From Eledone cirrhosa (Eukaryota): 64,000 bases of DNA. The position numbers and the translations under genes are program-made. The notes under the pieces were generated by a model. It worked only from the letters and a program-made list of their open reading frames with translations. It was not told the DNA's origin and did no database searches. This document shows positions 51,448-64,000 of the stretch, one piece after another. The DNA lies in contig OZ024740.1 of the NCBI GenBank assembly GCA_964016885.1, forward strand, positions 360,840,001 to 360,904,000. The letters are read 5' to 3'. Position 1 is the first letter of the stretch, and each line of letters starts with the position of its first letter.

Positions 51448-51877
51448 TGTAGTTATCAAGGAGATTCGGGATAATACAGTGTGTGAAAAGACCAGGCCTT
51501 TACAGGCATGACACATTATATCATCTGAGTGGACTTGAGCAACATGAAACAAAGTGTCTTGCTCAAGGAGACAGCATACCATAACATTAGTTACCTAACT
51601 TAAATGTAAACGTTAAAAAATTCACCAGATTTATATATTCATTTCATCTTTTGTCCAGATTGTATGTGGAGGTAGAGGAGAGATTTATCAATTTCCAAAA
51701 CTATAAATTGCCACAATAAAATACCAAAAAACGTTAACCTCCAGGAATAAAAAAAAAAAAAAAAATTTCATCCGATAACAATACAAAGACTAGATCACTG
51801 GTTCCTCTCCCATCATCACCAATGCCATTTATAAATAATAATAAAAAAAGGTCATAAAAATTCTCTTGACATTATTA

Positions 51878-52391
<514 letters not shown>

Positions 52392-52583
52392 CTATGTGTA
52401 TGTGTGTGCCTATATATATATGTATATAAGTGTTTGTGTGTGTTTGTTTGTGTATTAAAAGAGATGGTAACAATGATTAGCCACACACACGCACACAATA
52501 CATACACAAGAAGTACAAACGAAAATAATATAACAATCAGAAATATATCAAGATAGAGTGTAAGAGGGGGGAGGGAGGAATAT

Positions 52584-52626
<43 letters not shown>

Positions 52627-52961
52627 CCTATATATATATATATACGCACGCACACGCGCATGCACAGACACACACTCACACACATGTGTATTATCATATC
52701 CATGATGATGATGATGATTTAAAGCTATTTTTTACATTCTTGCATGGGTTAGACAGGCTTTCATGTTATGAAGCTAGACAGGTCAGGTGATCATGTTTTA
52801 TTCATAGGATCTGTTTAGGGCTTGGTTTTCTATGGCTGGATGCCCTTTATAATTCCAACCCCATTATACGATGGACTGGGTACTTTTATATACATCATCA
52901 TCGTTTATATATCACCATCATATATATATATATACACATAAAGATATATAAATACACACAG

Positions 52962-53021
<60 letters not shown>

Positions 53022-53179
53022 ACATCACCTCTGTTTTACGGCTGTTTTCCATGTTGGTATAATATATATATATATATGCATGTGCAAGTGGCCATGTCTT
53101 TATATATATTCCCACACACCGTCACATTGTGTGTGTAAGTGAGAGGGTGTGATTTCTAAATCTACGAGGCAATTAAGTA

Positions 53180-53292
53180 TCACTAATTAAATTGTCAACT
53201 TCAACCATATTCTCATTAATTATTATAGTCGGAAGTCACTAGATCTTCAGTGGGTGGAGCGCAGATAGGGGCGGCAGGATTGGTCATTGGAA
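53180..53292 (-). promoter_or_regulatory. Candidate promoter or enhancer motif cluster
   Basis: Two CCAAT boxes (minus strand, 53279 and 53286), GC box GGGGCGG (53268), ETS CGGAAGT (53230) and TAATTA sites in non-repetitive sequence. Confidence 0.3.
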
Positions 53293-54590
53293 AGATAATT
53301 TATGAGATAATGTTGTACTGAATTCACACCTCCACTCTCCATCTTTGCACATACTACCTTCAGCATAAACACAACCACAACCATTATCACCACCACCACC
53401 ACCACTACAACCATCATCACCACCACCACCACCACCACCACCACTGCCATCATCAGCATTATTACTACTGGCACCATCATTACTACAACAACCATCATCA
53501 TAAGCCCCCCCCCCCCCTCCACCCACTACCTGCACCACAAACACCACTACTACCAAAATCATGGTGGTTAAGAAGTTTGTTTCACAATCATAAGATTATT
53601 GGTTCAATCTCATTGTGTGGAATTTTGGGCAAGTTTGTTACCATACATTCTGATTAATCAAAGCCTTAGAAGTGAAATAGGATAGACAGAAGCTGTATGG
53701 AAACACATCGGCTGGATTGTACTTGTAATTTAGAGGTCTAACCATGTTACATACTGTGTTGTGCTGATTTGGCCTGGGAATTATGTTAATGGGACACATG
53801 TCTGTGAAATATTCAACTACTTATGCATTGATTCACAGGTTGAATGCTCAGTTGATCAAACAACTGAATACTCATCATGGAAGCCTACAGAAGATCCACG
53901 ACCATCCTCATCACCATCATGTATGTTTATGTATGCATAGGCTTCACTATGATGCAGTTTCAGGTTCAATCCCATGGTGTGGCACCCTGGGCGTGTGTCT
54001 CATATTGCAGCCTTGGGTTGACCAATACCTTGTGAGTGAAATTTAGTAGAAACTGTAGAAGCCCATTGTGTATATAAGTTATATATATGTGTGTGTGTTG
54101 TGTGTGTGTCCATGTTTGTGTTTATGTCTCATAACTTAGCAGTTTGACAAAAAAGGATCAATAAAATAAGTACCAGATTTGAAAAAAAATATTAAATGCT
54201 GGGGTCAATATGATTGACTAAATCGCTTAAGGGTGATGCCCAGCACCAAGTAAGAAAGAAGAAGAAAAGAATGCATAAAAAAGATACATGGAAAATCTAT
54301 GGAAAACATTAAGGCCTCCCGTTATCATATTGTTAAGAAAATACACTCCTTTTCAATTAGTTAATGAAGAATTTTGAGATATTTACTAAAATTATTGATT
54401 ATTTAAACTGGCTGTATCCAGCCAGAATTGTCTCACCTCTTTCTGTTCAAACCGGCCGCAACTAGTAACTCACTTATGTTAAGGTGTTGTTCTCAAAATA
54501 AATATTATCAAAATCTCGTAGATTCGATATTATGTGAGATAAATATGTGAAAAGCTATAGCTTTTACCGTGAAATTACAATAGTATATGT

Positions 54591-56052
54591 AGTAGATGAA
54601 TGGCTTGTGAAAGCGGTACAAGCCATGTATATAGGAGTAGATGAATGGCTTGTGAAAGCGGTACAAGCCATGTATAGGGGAGCAGTCAGCAAAGTTAGGA
54701 TTAGCAATGAGTATAGCAAGGAATTTAGCGTACAGGTTGGGGTCCACCAGGGCTCTGTTCTTAGCCCTCTCCTGTTCATCATAGTCCTGCAGGCAATAAC
54801 GGAGGAGTTTAAGACCATGGGAACTCCTGTATGCTGATGACCTCGCACTCATAGCTGAATCTATGGTAGAACTAGAGAATAAATTCCAAACTTGGAAGCA
54901 GGGACTAGAAAGAAAGGGTCTCAAAGTCAACATGACAAAGACTAAGGTCCTTGTAAGTAGACGAGAAAACAGAACCCAGATCCCCTCAGGGAAATGGTCT
55001 TGCTCAGTATGTAGGAAAGGTGTAGGTAGGAACTCCATTCTCTGCCCCAAATGCAAACAATGGGTACACAAGAGATGTAGCGGGATCTCAGGAAGCTTAA
55101 TTAAGAATGTAGGATTCACATGCAGCAGCTGTGCTGAGACAGCAAGCAGCAAACAGCCACAGGAAACAAGTACCACCAATCTCTGGGAGGGCCCTGTAGA
55201 AACAGTAGACAGCTTCTGCTACCTAGGTGACCGAATTAGCAGCGGAGGTGGGTGTTCAGAAAGTACAATAACTAGGGTAAGAACAGGATCGAAGAAGTTT
55301 AGGGAACTACTACCACTGCTAGCTGCAAAAGGCTTCTCCCTCAGAATGAAAGGCAGACTGTATGATGCGTGTATCCGAACAGCGATGTTGCATGGTAGTG
55401 AGACCTGGGCGCTGAAGGTGGAAGACTTACGTAGATTAGAGAGAAATGAAGCCTGCATGCTCCGATGGATGTGTAACAGTAATATACATGAACGACAAAG
55501 CATAAATGAATTGAGAGAGAGACTGAGCATAAGAGGAATCAAATGCTGTGTGCAGGAGAGGCGGTTGCGCTGGTATGGACATGTGATGCGTATGAAGGAT
55601 GACAGCTGCATAAAAAGGTGCAGAGCACTAGAAGTTGATGGAAACCGCGGAGTGGGGAGACCCAAGATGACCTGGGATGAGGTGATAAAAGCCGACCTTA
55701 CCCAATTGCACCTCTCAAAGACAATGACACACGACCTTGACTTCTGGCGTCACGCAGTAATACAGAGTACCCGACCTCCCATGGGTACAAGCTGAAGCAT
55801 ATAGACAATATGCCCCCACACCCCCCACCGCAAAAAAGCACCCAGCCCACACTATAAAGTGGACGTGTAGGCGCCACGAAAAAGCACCCAGCACTCACTG
55901 TAAATGAGGTTGGTGTTAGGAAGGGCATCCAGCTGTAGAAATCAAGCCAAATCAGTTCCTGTCAGCCGACCAGACACTGCCCACAACAGGACAACCCGTC
56001 TAACCCATGCTAGCGTGGAAGAACGGATGTAAGATGATGATGATGATGATGA
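54591..56052 (+). mobile_element. 5'-truncated RTE family A nested in a family-1 MITE
   Basis: ORFs 54547-54837 and 54863-55795; MITE halves at about 54402-54590 and 56053-56072. Confidence 0.95.
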
Positions 56053-56139
56053 ATATAAATGCTAAAGGTTAACATATGGCTCATATGAATTATGTTGAGA
56101 GATTTTAATTTCACTCTTTTGTTATATTTCTACTTATCT

Positions 56140-58960
56140 TCTTATTCCTGGAAGGACCATGAGAACAGAGTCATCAGACACATCTACCAGTGGTTCCTGT
56201 CAGAAGCAACTGTCTCCAATTGATCCAGCTGGATCCTCAAGCAACACCAGCGAAATTCATGGATGTTATCCAACTATCTTGCACAGGGTCTACCTCTGGG
56301 TCTCCTGCTAGTTGGTTTTACCCAGCTCCATTAATTCTTGCACTTAATTCAGCTTCATGCCTTCTATAACTCGTGAACACAACCCTGAGATACTTGAACT
56401 TCTCTACATGCTTCAGTGGAACCCCACTCACATGTAGAGTGTACTGCACAGACTTCTTTGAGAAGATAAGTATCTCACTCTTTGCAGCCCTGATTTTCAT
56501 TCCTGCCATGCAGCACTCAGCAGCAAATCTATCAAATGCATATCAAAGATCACCTTCCAATAAGTTAAGTGGCCATGTCATCTGAAAATTCCACCCGACT
56601 AATTCTACACTTACCAGTCTTGATACCATTTCCAATGCAACTGTACATGTCAATCCTGTTCATGAAGATTATGAAGAGAAGAGGTGACAGTATGAACCCT
56701 TGGTGGAGTCTGACCTACATTGACTGGTTTCAACTTAGAACTATTTATCTGAACACAAATACTAGGGCATTCATATAGAGACATCAGGGGAACAAGAAAC
56801 TGTACTTCGACCCCATACTAATGTAGAACCTTCCACAACAGATCTCATGGAACTCAGTCATATGCCTTTTTGAGGTCTATGAAACAAGCATACACCTCTT
56901 AGCAATACTCTCACAATTTTTCGAAGACCTACTGCAGTGTGAATATTTGGTTGGCTGAGCTGTGTTTGGGGTGAAAACCACATCATTTGTCAGCTAGCTT
57001 GGAGTCAACAATATCCCTCCATCTCTTAGCCACATACTTAGCATAGACTTTACATTGGGGGGGTTAACAAGGAGATCCCTCTATAGTTAGAACAATCTCC
57101 TCTTTTGAAAATTAGGATTAATCATTCCTGATTGCCATTGTTTAGGTGTCTTACCAGAGGTCCAAGCCACCCGGCAGAAACGTATCAGTCTGAGAATATC
57201 TTTTCTCTTTAAAGCTTTTAACATATTCGGCTGAATTTCATTCTCCTCAGTGGCCTTGCGACATTTGAGCTCTTTAATTGCTTTTGTGACCTCAGCCTCA
57301 GAGAGGTTAGTCATTGCTTTAAGATGCATCTCATATAGATAAGATGTTGTGACTGGGTTTAGTGGATCAGCAAAGTTTTCTCTCCACCTCGTAATAATAC
57401 ATCTCTCTGAAGAGAAAATAACCTAAAACACAGTCCTGATAGCAGGCGTGGAGGAGTAGGCAGAGGACTTATTACAAAGTCGGCGGATGGTCTGCAAGAA
57501 TACGTTATTTGCTGAAGTCAGATTCCAGCTTGACCCCAAAGTCCTCCCATATCTTAACATTGGACGTCTTTATTGTTTCTGCTGCAACTTTTCACACCTG
57601 CTTGTATTGCAAGTGCAAAAGGAGGACTTATTTCCAAGCCAAGCTTTATAAGCTTCTTTCTTTGCTTGGATGGTATATTTGAGCTTTTGACTGAACCAAG
57701 GGCTACTCCTGCCACCTGGCCTCACACCTAACTGCTTTCGCTCACAGCATTTAACAGCTGAAGCAGAAACTGCAATGCTGAACAGTCTCCATTCCATTTC
57801 AATATCCTCAGTTTGCTCAGAAAGTTCTCTGAATTTGGATGCAATACTATCTGCATACCTGGTCCTAACCTTATCAGCTAGCACTTACCACTTTATCTTG
57901 TAGGTAAAGCTGGACCTCCCAGTTTTGTGGGTTTTCTTGGCTTTAGAAAGTCTCAGTTGACAATTAAGCCCCTCTCTTAACATGAATATGCAGTACAGAA
58001 TTGAAGAAATCAGAGACAATAACAAAATCAATTATTGATCTCTGCTCCTGATTCCGCTTATACCATGTATTTTTGCTGGAAGATGTTCATAATAGAGAGC
58101 CCATTTCGAGAAAAAAGTCTAATAAGGCCTCTCTATTTGTATTTAGATCAAGATTGCTGTTCCTTCCAATCACTTCTTTCCATGTCAGGTGGTCAATGCC
58201 AACAAAATGTACATTGATGTCACCCATTAGGATATATGACTCAGTCTTAATTATGCTGCAATAACTTCATGAAGGAAGGATCTGTATTCAGACTCTCTGT
58301 TTGGTACATAAACTTCCACCACCCAGAGACCTTTCTTTCGCCTAAGCTTCATGAGGCAAATCCTCCCTCCCAATGCAATCCAGTCCATAACACATTCTGA
58401 CAGCTGGGAACTTGTGAGTATTTCCACTCTCATCTGTGCAGTCATTTTTGGTATCACAACTGAATAGTGAATTTTCCATCCTCCATCCAAAGCTACAGTA
58501 CCCAAGCTATTGAACTTTGCTGAGGAAACCCCAACTATATTTAGCTGGTAGCATCACACGTCCTCTGCTAGTTCCTGCTCCTTAACTGTAAGGGTTGTAA
58601 TCTTTCAGTTGCCAATTGTTAAGGTTTGCTCTCTTCTTGACCTTCCTTGGGGTTTCAGGATATGCAACCTTTGTGCATCCTCCACACACTCCCAAGGGCA
58701 GGTCATAGGTCCATTGCCAGTTCTTGCAGTGTTTAATGAAGATCGCAATATATTTTTCGAATAGACTCCTCTACCTAAAGCTTGAACGCCTTTGCGTGGA
58801 AGACAATGTGATATGAATGTTTTTATTGTATCTAACCATCTTGAAGTATTTTGGTGATCTTATTTGTGCCAATCACCAACTTGGTGCTTTTCTCAAACCC
58901 GCGAAGAGTAGGTTTTCTTCCCCCAAAACTCTCACAACCCAGTGATGTAGCTAGGACAAG
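56140..58960 (-). mobile_element. Decayed near full-length RTE-clade LINE (Expander/Rex3-like)
   Basis: APE remnants GTVALDGGWKIHYS and VVEVYVPN; RT remnants EVTKAIKELK..EIQPNMLK..WQSG and VEKFKYL. Confidence 0.85.
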
Positions 58961-60248
58961 TCAAGTAAAGGCTGCTTCTAAAAAAAAGTCACTGCCTATG
59001 ATTTTCCAATATTTTCCAAAATAATTAAGAATTTGGAAGGTTTGATAAAATAACAAACATTATTAAGCTGGCATTTAGAACTTAACAAAGGCTCTTAGAT
59101 AAAATTATCATGGAAGGCTTCTAGTTTTGAATTTTAAAATCTGGAGAGGATTTTTATCCAAAGATTTATATGGGAACCCTTTAAAATGGGTGATTTTGTT
59201 ATAGAGAACCAGAGCCCTGATTTGGCTGGGTTTTTTTATCAACAGGATTAATTAAAAAAAAAAAAAAATTGAAAAAAATGCTAACTCTGCTGTTCCTGAA
59301 CTCTCCAAAACCCAGTCCCCACCCCCACCATTAAAGTGCCTCACCCTCACAACAATCAGAAATTATGGTGGTGTAAAACTGTCAATTGGAACAGATTCAG
59401 CTGCCCTATATATATTAACAATAGAGTGACGCTGGTGGGGGTGATTGGCAGCTGATGATGATTGGTTGGTAGTAGTGGCGATAATACTGGTGGAGGTGTT
59501 AAAAGTGGTGGTGGTGGTTACAGCAGTAGTGGTGGCGGTGTGGGTACTGTGGAAATGGTGATAGTGGTGTAGTTACTGTAGTAGTGGTAACAGTGATGTG
59601 GTTACTGTGGTAGTGGTGGTGTGGTTATTGTGGTAGAGGTGACAGTGGTATGGTTACCGTGGTGGTGGTGGTCATAGTAGCTATAAACTGAAAGAGCAGT
59701 AGACAATTTGTTTTTGTTGTTTAGCTGAAGATCAGCATTGACAAAGCGATAACCAATGGTGTTCCAGCTATGACCATCTCATCTATCATTCAGTTTTTCT
59801 AGTATATCATGACTAGATTTTTCTTTTGTAAGATGGTAGGCTGTGATATGAGGAGAGATTTAGCTGCTTTTTCTAATGGCTTGTGAAAAGCAGGTGATGA
59901 TATGAGGTGTGAGAACATAGACTGGAGAGGAGAGAGTGGGAGGGTGGAGAGTGGGGAGAAGATGGGGGTAGAAAGAAGAGAGAGGATGGTTGGAAGAGGC
60001 AGGCTACAGTTGATTCAAGCAAACCAAGCCTCTCACACACCTGCAACTCTCCTCGTTATTCTCTCACCATCTGATACTCTTTCTCTCTCTCTGCCTGTCC
60101 CCTCTCTCTTTTATGTTCACAGTGTATTGAACGTACCAAGACAAAAGTTTTCCAGACAAAAGTGTGTGCATTTGCACGTGTGTGTATGTGTGTGTGTGTG
60201 TTACTACTGCGTATGGATTTTTTATTAAAAGAGGGAGTTTAATAGACA

Positions 60249-60279
<31 letters not shown>

Positions 60280-60429
60280 GTATATATATATATATGTGTG
60301 TATATATATATATGCATGTATATATATGTGTGTGTGTGTGTGTATATATATATGCGTGTATATATATATGTGTGTGTGTCTGTGTATATATATATATATA
60401 TGTGTGTGTGTGTATGTATATATATATAT

Positions 60430-60740
60430 ATCATCATTCATCATCATTTCATTTTACGTCCGCTTTTTCCCTGCTTGCAAGGGTGGGACGGGAACTGATT
60501 CTGGCTTGATTTCTACAGCTGGATGCCCTTCCTAACACCAACCTCATTTACAGTGAGTGCTGGGTGCTTTTTTGCCGTGGCACCTCCACGACCACTTTGC
60601 AGTGGAATGATATGGACCTCAGTCCCTATCATCTCATTTCTACAGCTGAGTAAACTGGAGCAATGTGAAATAAAGTGTCTTGCTCAAGGAAACAACACAC
60701 CACCCGGTCTGAGAATTGAACTCAAAACCTTTCGATTGCA
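60430..60740 (-). mobile_element. SINE with B box, CORE-like body and RTE-A tail
   Basis: gagttcaattctcagaccggg head remnant; matches 50231-50512. Confidence 0.85.
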
Positions 60741-60759
60741 ATATGTGTATATATATATA

Positions 60760-60792
<33 letters not shown>

Positions 60793-60929
60793 GTGTGTGT
60801 GTATATATATATATATAAATATATATGTGTGTGTGTATGTGTATATATATATATATATATATGTGTGTATATAAATATATATATATGTGTATATATATAT
60901 ATGTGTGTGTGTGTATATATATATATATA

Positions 60930-61497
60930 GTACAACCTGTCTCATGGTCGGGTCGTTGGCGACTAAACTGGCAACCCCACCAAGGTTTCTTGGTGAGGAG
61001 GGTGACTTTGGACATCCTGCAGGACTAAAAACAAAACCTGTCAAAGGGCAAAGGAGCTCATAAGATTCAATGGCCATCCAAAATCACCGGGAGAGATGAC
61101 CCCTTAGCCTCTGTCAAGGCAGAATTCTAGGAGAAGGAAAACTCTGATATAACACCTGCAACTCTGATGGTATCCAATGATGTTGACTTGTTCTTCTTTT
61201 TGGTAAATAACATCTTGGTTAAGAGAGTGGGACTGGCTTTGTGCACTGCCTTTGCTCACTATAAAAGCTTCACGGCACAGGTATTGCTTTATATCTGGAG
61301 ATCTCTCTGCACTTGTCGTCACATGGTACCAAGGGCCCAGCACTAAGTGTCAATAATTGTCACAGGTGTAGTGTTTGTACAAGAGTTTTCAGGTCGCTGG
61401 CTGGACTAAAAAGTCACACTCGTTCAGCGCATCGGTAGGAGTTTTCCTACATGGATATAAAGTAGTGACCGTACTCGAAAACGAGTTGGCAGCCACC

Positions 61498-61498
<1 letters not shown>
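60930..61498 (+). mobile_element. Non-autonomous bipartite RTE derivative (5' UTR plus 3' end encoding a C2H2 finger)
   Basis: ctaggagaaggaaaactctga RTE 5' UTR-type motif at 61127; [23 protein letters not shown] at 61367-61438; (TA/TG)n on both sides. Confidence 0.65.
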
Positions 61499-61531
<33 letters not shown>

Positions 61532-61602
61532 ATATATATATATATGTGTGTATATATATATGTGTATATAAATATATATATATATATATGTGTATATATA
61601 TA

Positions 61603-61633
<31 letters not shown>

Positions 61634-61646
61634 GTGTGTGTATATA

Positions 61647-63370
61647 TCATCATCATCATCATCATCATCACCGTTTTACGTCCGTTCTTCCACGCTAGCA
61701 TGGGTTAGACGGGTTGTCCTGTTGTGGGCAGTGTCTGATCGGCTGACCATGCCTTGCTCATACAGGAACTGATCTGGCTTGATTTCTACAGCTGGATGCC
61801 CTTCCTAACACCAACCTCATTTACAGTGAGTGCTGGGTGCTTTTTCGTGGCGCCTACACGTCCACTTTACAGTGTGGGCTGGGTGCTTTTTTGCCGTGGC
61901 ACCTCCACGACCACCTTGCGGTGGGGGGAGTGGGGGCATATTGTTTATATGCTTCAGCATGTACCCATGGGAGGTCGGGTACCCTGTATTACTGCGTGAC
62001 GCCAGAAGTCACGGTCGTGTGTCATTGTCTTTGAGAGGTGTAGTTGGGTAAGGTCGGCTTTTATCACCTCATCCCAAGTCATCTTGGGTCTCCCCACTCC
62101 GCGGTTTCCATCAACTTCTAGTGCTCTGCACCTTTTTATGCAGCTGTCATCCTTCATACGCATCACATGTCCATACCAGCGTAACCGCCTCTCCTGCACG
62201 CAGCATTTGATTCCTCTTATGCTCAGTCTCTCTCTCAATTCCTTTATGCTTTGTCGTTCACGTATATTACTGTTACACATCCATCGGAGCATGTAGGCTT
62301 CGTTTCTCTCTAATCTATGTAAGTCTTCCACCTTCAGTGCCCAGGTCTCACTACCATGCAACATCGCTGTTCGGATACACGCATCATACAGTCTGCCTTT
62401 CATTCTGAGGGAGAAGCCTTTTGCAGCTAGCAGTGGTAGTAGTTCCCTAAACTTCTTCGATCCTGTTCTTACCCTAGTTATTGTACTTTCTGAACACCCA
62501 CCTCCGCTGCTAATTCGGTCACCTAGGTAGCAGAAGCTGTCTACTGTTTCTACAGGGCCCTCCCAGAGATTGGTGGTACTTGTTTCCTGTGGCTGTTTGC
62601 TTGCTGTTTCAGCACAGCTGCTGCATGTGAATCCTACATTCTTAATTAAGCTTCCTGAGATCCCGCTACATCTCTTGTGTACCCATTGTTTGCATTTGGG
62701 GCAGAGAATGGAGTTCCTACCTACACCTTTCCTACATACTGAGCAAGGCCATTTCCCTGAGGGGATCTGGGTTCTGTTTTCTCGTCTACTTACAAGGACC
62801 TTAGTCTTTGTCATGTTGACTTTGAGGTCCTTTCTCTCTAGTCCCTGCTTCCAGGTTTGGAATTTATTCTCTAGTTCTACCATAGATTCAGCTATGAGTG
62901 CGAGGTCATCAGCATACAGGAGTTCCCATGGGCATCCGGTCTTAAACTCCTCCGTTATTGCCTGCAGGACTATGATGAACAGGAGAGGGCTAAGAACAGA
63001 GCCCTGGTGGACCCCAACCTGTACGCTAACTTCCTCGCTATACTCATTGCTAATCCTAACTTTGCTGACTGCTCCCCTATACATGGCTTGTACCGCTTTC
63101 ACAAGCCATTCATCTACTCCTAGTTTTCTAAGAGCCCACCAGATTACCGCACGTGGAACTCTGTCAAAGGCTTTCTCAAGGTCGACAAATGCCAAGTAGA
63201 GTGGCTTACTTTTAGCTAGGTACTTTTCCTGTAATTGCCTCACAAGGAAGAGGGCATCAGTGGTGTCTCTCCCTGGTACAAACCCAAATTGCATCTCGTC
63301 TATATTCACCCGGTCCCTAATCAGCTGTGCTATAACTCTTTCTGTTACTTTCATGACCTGGTCCATCAAC
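61647..63370 (-). mobile_element. 5'-truncated RTE family A with open RT frame (61954-63369)
   Basis: Full RT motifs, Cys/His finger, 3' UTR, (GAT)n tail. Confidence 0.97.
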
Positions 63371-63374
63371 TATA

Positions 63375-63411
<37 letters not shown>

Positions 63412-63416
63412 GTGTG

Positions 63417-64000
<584 letters not shown>

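Noticed and set aside
53020-53055. ATG GAA AAC AGC CGT AAA ACA GAG|GTGATG as a first coding exon (minus)
   Set aside because: It matches the common retroposon 3' terminus and the donor is weak
60070-60180. Plus-strand acceptor tctttatgttcacAG
   Set aside because: The tract is a (CT)n repeat; no donor or partner exon found

Overview
AT-rich animal genomic DNA. The SINE, RTE and microsatellite landscape points to a coleoid cephalopod, probably an octopus (inferred, not verified). The whole window appears to lie within introns of one minus-strand host gene encoding a RUFY-family (RUN and FYVE domain) protein. Two clean coiled-coil exons (46548-46645 and 4502-4588) join in frame across a ~42 kb intron. 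That intron holds candidate alternative last exons in the same splice phase, one with a LIR-like DFEEI motif. The rest is mostly mobile DNA: RTE LINEs with a PHD-like finger inside the RT region, two R4/Dong-like LINEs in an (AAT)n run, Tx1/L1-like, CR1-like and mariner relics, Nin-domain and other tRNA SINEs, and piggyBac-like and hAT MITEs. The most unusual signal is a set of short non-coding inserts at (TA)n microsatellites. Several are fold-back hairpins (arms 50-194 bp) and several carry minimal hammerhead-ribozyme-like cores from different sequence families, consistent with Penelope-like pseudo-LTRs or retrozymes. One sits in a 311-nt repeat unit, and one has a compensatory U3-A8 core. 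Most short ORFs in the supplied track are microsatellite or antisense artefacts. All alignments and folds were done by eye.
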